A stretch of DNA of 15,120 nucleotides from Armatimonadota bacterium (GTDB lineage Bacteria; Armatimonadota; UBA10988), in NCBI GenBank assembly GCA_016235455.1, contig JACRKZ010000044.1, positions 1-15,120 of the forward strand, written 5' to 3'. The notes beneath the pieces are model-generated. The model saw nothing but the letters and a program-made list of their open reading frames with translations. It was not told where the DNA came from and ran no database searches. The position numbers and the translations under genes are program-made. Numbering within the stretch: position 1 is the first letter of the stretch; the number at the start of each line of letters is the position of its first letter. Shown here piece after piece: positions 10,321 through 15,120 of the stretch.

Positions 10321-10326
10321 TATGAT
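10321..10326 (+). promoter_or_regulatory. Possible sigma70-type -10 element for the 10360 gene
   Basis: TATGAT 33 nt upstream of the ATG in otherwise GC-rich DNA; no recognisable -35. Confidence 0.25.
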
Positions 10327-10359
10327 GACCTCCAGGTCTGTTGGTTTTGGAGGAGGGCG

Positions 10360-12195
10360 ATGCTGCAATTCAGCTGGAGCGCGCTGTGCTGGGCCGTGGT
10401 GGCGCTGGCCACGATGGTCGCACCCGTCGTGGCCAAGGACGAGACAGAGTGGTACGACGATGGCGTGGGCGCCGTCGGCGCGGGCGACTTCAAGGCCGCC
10501 GTTGCCGATTTCAAGGCGGCGGTCAGCGTCGACCCGCGGTACAAGCAGGGCTGGGAGGCGCTGGCCGAGGCGCTCACCAAGCTGGGCCGATTGCGCCAGG
10601 CGGCACGCGTGCGCGCCGTGGCGGAGAAGGCGCCGGACGCGCGCGCGGGCGATCCGCCGCCGCTCAACGACGAGCAGAAGCGGGCCCTGGCCGATGATGA
10701 GGACCAGGCACCGCCGGGCACGCCCATTCCGCCCCAGAAGGTCGACCCCAAGGTGCCGCCGTTGGTGGTGCCCGAGCCAGCCGGCAAGCCGCAGCCGCTG
10801 GCCAAGCTCAACAAGTTCGACAAGGGCCAGTACTGCGATCTGGTCGTGGAGCCCAGCGACAAGGCGCACCCGAACGGTACGGTGCATGTCATCTACTCCG
10901 ACCAGCCCAGCCACATGACGCCGTCGTTCCTCTACTACCGCGCCAGTGACGACATGGGCAAGACCTGGAGCGAGCAGAAGAACCTGAGCGACGATGAGAG
11001 CGGCCATGCGGTGGGCTACTGCCGGCTGCTCAGAGATGCCAGGGGACGGCTCTACGCCATCTGGAAGTACACCGCCAAGGACGCGCTGATCGACGGGCCC
11101 GGTGGCAACCAGGCGGGCATCCTGGCCTACCGCTGCTTGGACGGCGGGGCCTGGTCGCGCATCACCCGGCTGACCGATGAGAAGGTGCCGGCCTTCTCGT
11201 TCTTTGCCGCCAATGCGCCCGACGGCACGGCCAACGTCATCTGGAGCCAGATGACGCCCGAGGGTCAGCGGGTCTTGGGCTGGTCGGCCAGCGGCTACTG
11301 CAACCTGGTCCAGCGCGTGCCGCTGGACGGCGCCACGCCGGGTCAGGTGACCGTGGTCACGGCGCCGCCGCCCTTGCCCACGGAGGCCGAGGTGGAGGCG
11401 GCCCGGCGGGCGGGCCATCCCATCCCCTATCAGCAACTGCGTCCGAGCAAGGACGGGCTGATCAACCTGCGCGGTTACATCGCCGCCGACAACAGCGTGC
11501 GCTTCGTGGGCGAGGAGCCGGGCAACCCCGACGGTCCCAACGGCACGGGCCAATTGGTTGACCTGTGGGACGGCGCCCAGCGCATCGTGCTCTACCGGTA
11601 CGAGAAGTTCAAGATGTTCAACAACTTCAACAACCCTGGCGTGCTGTGGCTGGACAGCAAGGGCAAGGAGCATCTGATCCGGTCGCCGGAGCGCGCCGAG
11701 ACGCCCTGCGTCCGCGACTACCCCATCGAGGGCGGCCAACTGGGCGATGCGACCAACATCATCAGCGGGCCTGAAGGCCGGGGCGTGATCACCTGCTGGC
11801 AGGCCACGCCGCTGCCCGGAGGCCGGCTGGCGGTGACCTGCGGTCTGTCGGTCAAGGGCGGTGCCAACCCTGAAGACGCCGAAATGTACGTGTCGTTCTC
11901 GGCCGGCGACGGCGTCTGGACCAAGCCGACCATGGTCACCAACAACGCCGCGCGGGCCAGCATGTCGGGCAAGAACACCGAACTCAAAGGCACCATCGCG
12001 CTGGGCAAGCGGTACCTGCCCAAAATGGCCTCGGTGGCCTTGGACGAGACGGGCCATCCCTGCCTGCTGATGGTGGACAACGAGATCAACGGGATCATTG
12101 CCCAGAGCCCGGAGATGCCCACCAGCGAGAAGGGCCAGTTGCCCGGCTTCAACCTCACCGTGGATGCGCCCATGGTCTTCTTTGTGCGGCTGTGA
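10360..12195 (+). CDS. Secreted protein with TPR region, Pro-rich linker and Asp-box (BNR/sialidase-like) beta-propeller (611 aa)
   Basis: GGAGGAGG RBS before ATG 10360; signal peptide ending APVVA; TPR pattern WYDDGV...GDFKAAVADFKAAVSVDP...WEALAEALTKLG; Asp-box SDDMGKTW; second degenerate box SFSAGDGVWTKP. Confidence 0.82.
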   Translation: MLQFSWSALCWAVVALATMVAPVVAKDETEWYDDGVGAVGAGDFKAAVADFKAAVSVDPRYKQGWEALAEALTKLGRLRQAARVRAVAEKAPDARAGDPPPLNDEQKRALADDEDQAPPGTPIPPQKVDPKVPPLVVPEPAGKPQPLAKLNKFDKGQYCDLVVEPSDKAHPNGTVHVIYSDQPSHMTPSFLYYRASDDMGKTWSEQKNLSDDESGHAVGYCRLLRDARGRLYAIWKYTAKDALIDGPGGNQAGILAYRCLDGGAWSRITRLTDEKVPAFSFFAANAPDGTANVIWSQMTPEGQRVLGWSASGYCNLVQRVPLDGATPGQVTVVTAPPPLPTEAEVEAARRAGHPIPYQQLRPSKDGLINLRGYIAADNSVRFVGEEPGNPDGPNGTGQLVDLWDGAQRIVLYRYEKFKMFNNFNNPGVLWLDSKGKEHLIRSPERAETPCVRDYPIEGGQLGDATNIISGPEGRGVITCWQATPLPGGRLAVTCGLSVKGGANPEDAEMYVSFSAGDGVWTKPTMVTNNAARASMSGKNTELKGTIALGKRYLPKMASVALDETGHPCLLMVDNEINGIIAQSPEMPTSEKGQLPGFNLTVDAPMVFFVRL

Positions 12196-12209
12196 AGCAG
12201 GAGACCAGC

Positions 12210-13064
12210 GTGCGCGAACGCCTTAGCGATCAGCTCTTCGCCCTGGCGGAAGCCGGCGACGCCGCCGGCCTGTTGGCCCTGCTAGACGCGGACCCCGGCC
12301 TGCTGCACGTGCGCCGCGTGCTGCCCGACACGACCCGTGCCGAGGAGCGCCCCACGCTGCTCCAGGCCGCGGCGACGGCCGGCCACCTGCCGCTGGTGCA
12401 GGCCCTGGCCGAGCGCGGCGTCGACCTCTATGAGCGCGGCCAATGGGGCTATCCCGCCGTGGTTCATGCCGCGTGGGCCAAGCAGGACGCCGTGGTGGCC
12501 TGGCTGCTGGGCGATGCCACGGCGTATCCCAGCCTGGGCGGCGAGCCGTGCTACGGGCTGGGCGTGGAGATCAACCTGGCGGGCCGCATGGGCTGGACCG
12601 ACATCGTCCGCGCCCACCTGGCCCGCGACCGCCACGCCGCCAACCGCCGCGGCCTGCTGGGCGATGTGCCGCTTCACTGGGCGGCGCACAACAACCAGGT
12701 CGACATCGTCGCCGCCCTGCTGGCCGCCGGCGCCGACCTCGAGGCCGATGAGATCGGCCTGTATGGCGGCCGGCCGCTGCACTGGGCCGCCGAGCACGCG
12801 CCGGCCTGCGTGGCCCTGCTGCTGGCCGCCGGCGCCGACCCCAACGCCCGCAACGCGCTGCCCGGCGAGCTGGAGGGTGTGACGCCGCTGATCATGTGCG
12901 CCCTGCAACACAACGACGAGGCCGAGTGCGCGCGCCTGCTGCTCAACGGCGGCGCCGACCCGAGCCTGCGCGGGCTGGATGGGCTGACGGCGCTGGAGAC
13001 AGCGGAGCGGTGCGGGCATGGGCGGGTGGCGGCGGCGATTCGCGACGCGGGCGGATCCTCGTAG
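12210..13064 (+). CDS. Ankyrin repeat protein
   Basis: Repeats TLLQAAATAGHLPLVQALAERGVD, VPLHWAAHNNQVDIVAALLAAGAD, RPLHWAA...LLLAAGADPN, TPLIMCA...LLLNGGADP, TALETA. GTG 12210 follows AGGAG; the alternative start at 12192 overlaps the upstream stop (GTGA). Confidence 0.92.
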   Translation: MRERLSDQLFALAEAGDAAGLLALLDADPGLLHVRRVLPDTTRAEERPTLLQAAATAGHLPLVQALAERGVDLYERGQWGYPAVVHAAWAKQDAVVAWLLGDATAYPSLGGEPCYGLGVEINLAGRMGWTDIVRAHLARDRHAANRRGLLGDVPLHWAAHNNQVDIVAALLAAGADLEADEIGLYGGRPLHWAAEHAPACVALLLAAGADPNARNALPGELEGVTPLIMCALQHNDEAECARLLLNGGADPSLRGLDGLTALETAERCGHGRVAAAIRDAGGSS

Positions 13065-13160
13065 GGGCGGCCCTCCGTGGTAGCCCAACCACGCGGTCGG
13101 CACCTGCGCTCGACTGGGGCGACCGACCAACAGGGCGACCACGGAGGGTCGCCCCTACGA
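13059..13160. repeat. GTAG-family REP doublet in inverted orientation (REPIN/BIME-like element)
   Basis: Left arm TCGTAGGGGCGGCCCTCCGTGGTAGCCC (13059-13086) and right arm GGGCGACCACGGAGGGTCGCCCCTACGA (13133-13160) are reverse complements at 26 of 28 positions. Each arm is GTAG plus its own palindrome (GGGCGACC-N6-GGTCGCCC). Confidence 0.85.
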
Positions 13161-13169
13161 GCCGTCTTG

Positions 13170-15120
13170 CTATCCGCCAGGCGTGCGCAGGCTGATCTCC
13201 TCCACCACCCCCACCAGATCATACCTGTCCCCAGCCGCCTGCCCGACCCGCAGCCCGCTATCGCAGCCCGCCGGCGGCGGGGTGTCGACGCTGGCCTCCA
13301 GCTTGCCATCCAGCAGCAACTGCGCGCGCTGGCCGTCGAAGACCACCTTCACGCGGTAGAAGCGGCCGGGCTGGAGCACCGTCGGGCCGGTCAGGAAGGC
13401 TGCCTTCTCCGGGCCGGTGAAGATCTCCACGCCCAGCTTCATGTTCTGGTAGTAGACCAGCCTGAACCCCGCGTTGCGGTACTTCATGCACTCGAACAGG
13501 CCGCCCATGTAGCCCGCCGGCGGCTTCTCCGCGGCCAGGCTCATCTCCAGGCTGAACGGCCCGCCGCTGGTCAGCGCGGGGATCGGCTTGGATTCCGCGC
13601 CCACCGACTGGCCACCGTCGAAGTGCAGGCCGGCGTGGCCGGCGCTCGTGTAGGCGGTCGGCGGCTTCTGCCCGAAGCTCAGCGGGGGTCCGCCGTCGAC
13701 GCGGTTGGCCACCTTGCCGTCGGCGGCATCGGCGAGGCGCCATTGCGCGGCCAGTCGCTCCTTGGCGCCGCCCTGGCTCACGCCGCCGGTGATGCCCAGC
13801 AGCACAAGCTGGGTCTGGGTCAGATCGCCGATGAAGTCGATGGTGGCGATGGCCTTGTCCGGGTTGGGGTTCTCCCAGGGCGTTACCCACAGACCGATGG
13901 GTGAGTGCATCAAGTTGCGGCCGGTCCAGGCCACCTGGCTGCCGGACAGCGGCGCCGGGTCCCACCAGTCCTTGAGCTCCAGGCCGTATCGCAGCGGCAT
14001 GACCGTGCTGGTGCCGTCCTCGTAGTGGATGACATAGCGGCCGATGACCGCGTTGTTGCCCTCGGCCACGGCCCAGCAGGCGGTGTGCAGGAACCACAGG
14101 CGCTCGGCCAGCCCGCCGACCCGGATGCCCTTGACCTCGCTGGGCAGCGTGGGCGCGTGTTGGCCGCCACGCAGCGCGATGACGCCCTTGCCCGGCGGCT
14201 TGGTCGGGTCGGCCAGCTTGAATGGCCGGCCGGCCAGGCGCACTTCCGCCGGCCAGGGCTCGCGGTTGACCTCGGCGGCGCCCTCGATGCCGCCGGCGCG
14301 GCCGAGGTGGTTGGTCAGGAAGAAACGCATATCGTTCTGGCCCTGATCCGTCCAGCCTCCCTTGCCGTCGCCAGCGGTCTGGTCGTAGTAGCCCATGTTG
14401 GCATAGGGTGCCAGGTCGACCGGGAAGTAGCTGTACTCGCGTTCCGCTGCCAGCCGCACATCGCCGCCGAGGGTGCTGGTCAGCGTGTCCACCAGCCGCG
14501 ACACCTTGGCCGTCTCGGCGCCGTAGGCGCCTTCCCAGGCCAGCGTGTCGAGCAGCACCGCGCCGGGGCCGACGGGCAGGCGCGAGAGGAAGTTGGGTGA
14601 GGTCAGCGGTCGGCCAGCCTCCAGCGAGGGCAACTCGATGGTGTAGTCGCCGAGCTTGGCGGTGACCTGGCCGTTGCGCCACGGATCGCCGCGGAAGCCC
14701 AGGTCGACGCGCGTCCAGTACAGATCGAAGCTGCTCAGCCCGCCGGCCCAGGCGTGGGTCTGGCGGACCGCGGCGCCTTGGGTGCACTTGTCGAACGGCA
14801 CGAGCCGGGGCGCGGCGGGGAACAGCCCGGCCAGCTTGGCCAGCGCCTCGGGCGCAAAGCCGTGCAGCCAGACCACGCCACCCGCGGCGAGCTGGGCCTT
14901 GAGCTTGGCCAGGTCGGCGTCGGTCAGCGTCTGTGAGCCGTCGACCAGGATCGGCCCGTCGCCATCGAGGCCGGGCGTGGTGACCACCGAGCAGGCGGCG
15001 AGCGTGGCGCGCAGCACCTCGTTGGTGCCGGCCAGCAGGCGCATCGGCCGCGCGGTCGGCGGCACGGTGGCCAGCCCGTAGCGCACCAGCCGGGCCAGCA
15101 TCTCGCCGGCCAGCGGCTCG
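13170..15120 (-). CDS. C-terminal part of a large carbohydrate-active (glycoside-hydrolase-like) multidomain protein ending in a LamG/ConA-like domain; 5' end lies outside the window
   Basis: Frame is open to the right edge (EPLAGEMLARLVRY...). Contains a beta-sandwich module PVDL..YAN...GDGKGGWTDQG.ND...LWFLHT...Y.IHYEDG...DWW...W.NP.PDK.I and a LamG-like tail (LHFDG...FSLEM...FYRVKVVFDG...LLLDGKL...GVVEEI). No catalytic domain is visible. Confidence 0.75.
   Translation of the reverse strand, partial: EPLAGEMLARLVRYGLATVPPTARPMRLLAGTNEVLRATLAACSVVTTPGLDGDGPILVDGSQTLTDADLAKLKAQLAAGGVVWLHGFAPEALAKLAGLFPAAPRLVPFDKCTQGAAVRQTHAWAGGLSSFDLYWTRVDLGFRGDPWRNGQVTAKLGDYTIELPSLEAGRPLTSPNFLSRLPVGPGAVLLDTLAWEGAYGAETAKVSRLVDTLTSTLGGDVRLAAEREYSYFPVDLAPYANMGYYDQTAGDGKGGWTDQGQNDMRFFLTNHLGRAGGIEGAAEVNREPWPAEVRLAGRPFKLADPTKPPGKGVIALRGGQHAPTLPSEVKGIRVGGLAERLWFLHTACWAVAEGNNAVIGRYVIHYEDGTSTVMPLRYGLELKDWWDPAPLSGSQVAWTGRNLMHSPIGLWVTPWENPNPDKAIATIDFIGDLTQTQLVLLGITGGVSQGGAKERLAAQWRLADAADGKVANRVDGGPPLSFGQKPPTAYTSAGHAGLHFDGGQSVGAESKPIPALTSGGPFSLEMSLAAEKPPAGYMGGLFECMKYRNAGFRLVYYQNMKLGVEIFTGPEKAAFLTGPTVLQPGRFYRVKVVFDGQRAQLLLDGKLEASVDTPPPAGCDSGLRVGQAAGDRYDLVGVVEEISLRTPGG

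Noticed and set aside
9931-12057. 708-aa minus-strand ORF, and similar ORFs 7250-8443, 12282-13142, 13077-13904 and 13258-14787
   Set aside because: Almost entirely overlap well-supported genes on the opposite strand or in another frame; Arg/Gly/His-rich translations typical of shadow ORFs.
13059-13160. CRISPR repeat interpretation of the palindromic units
   Set aside because: Only two full units, in inverted rather than direct orientation, and no cas genes; fits a REP doublet.

Overview
High-GC bacterial chromosomal window. The gene content (stalk-domain surface protein, large carbohydrate-active protein, TPR/propeller protein) is reminiscent of Armatimonadota-like organisms, but that is inference only. 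Left to right: (1) the probable left end and first codons of an IS1182/IS5-type transposase at the left edge; (2) a co-directional minus-strand run, transcribed right to left, of compact UbiB/ABC1 kinase-like gene, CrtI/CrtN-type carotenoid desaturase (frameshifted, apparently by an internal deletion), MsbA-like ABC exporter and secreted SGNH hydrolase; (3) two hypothetical genes, one secreted and one membrane protein with a Cys/His cluster; (4) a copper-amine-oxidase-N-terminal (stalk) domain surface protein; (5) a small stress-type cluster of a YflT/17M-like general stress gene (also frameshifted by an apparent deletion) and two 49-aa lmo0937-like membrane microproteins missing from the ORF track; (6) a secreted TPR plus Asp-box propeller gene followed by an ankyrin gene; (7) a GTAG-family REP doublet (REPIN) that supplies the ankyrin stop codon; (8) the 3' part of a large glycoside-hydrolase-like gene with a C-terminal LamG-like domain. 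No CRISPR, rRNA or tRNA seen. The best candidate for a little-described system is the UbiB kinase, CrtN-like desaturase and ABC exporter module. I cannot show from sequence alone that it is novel.
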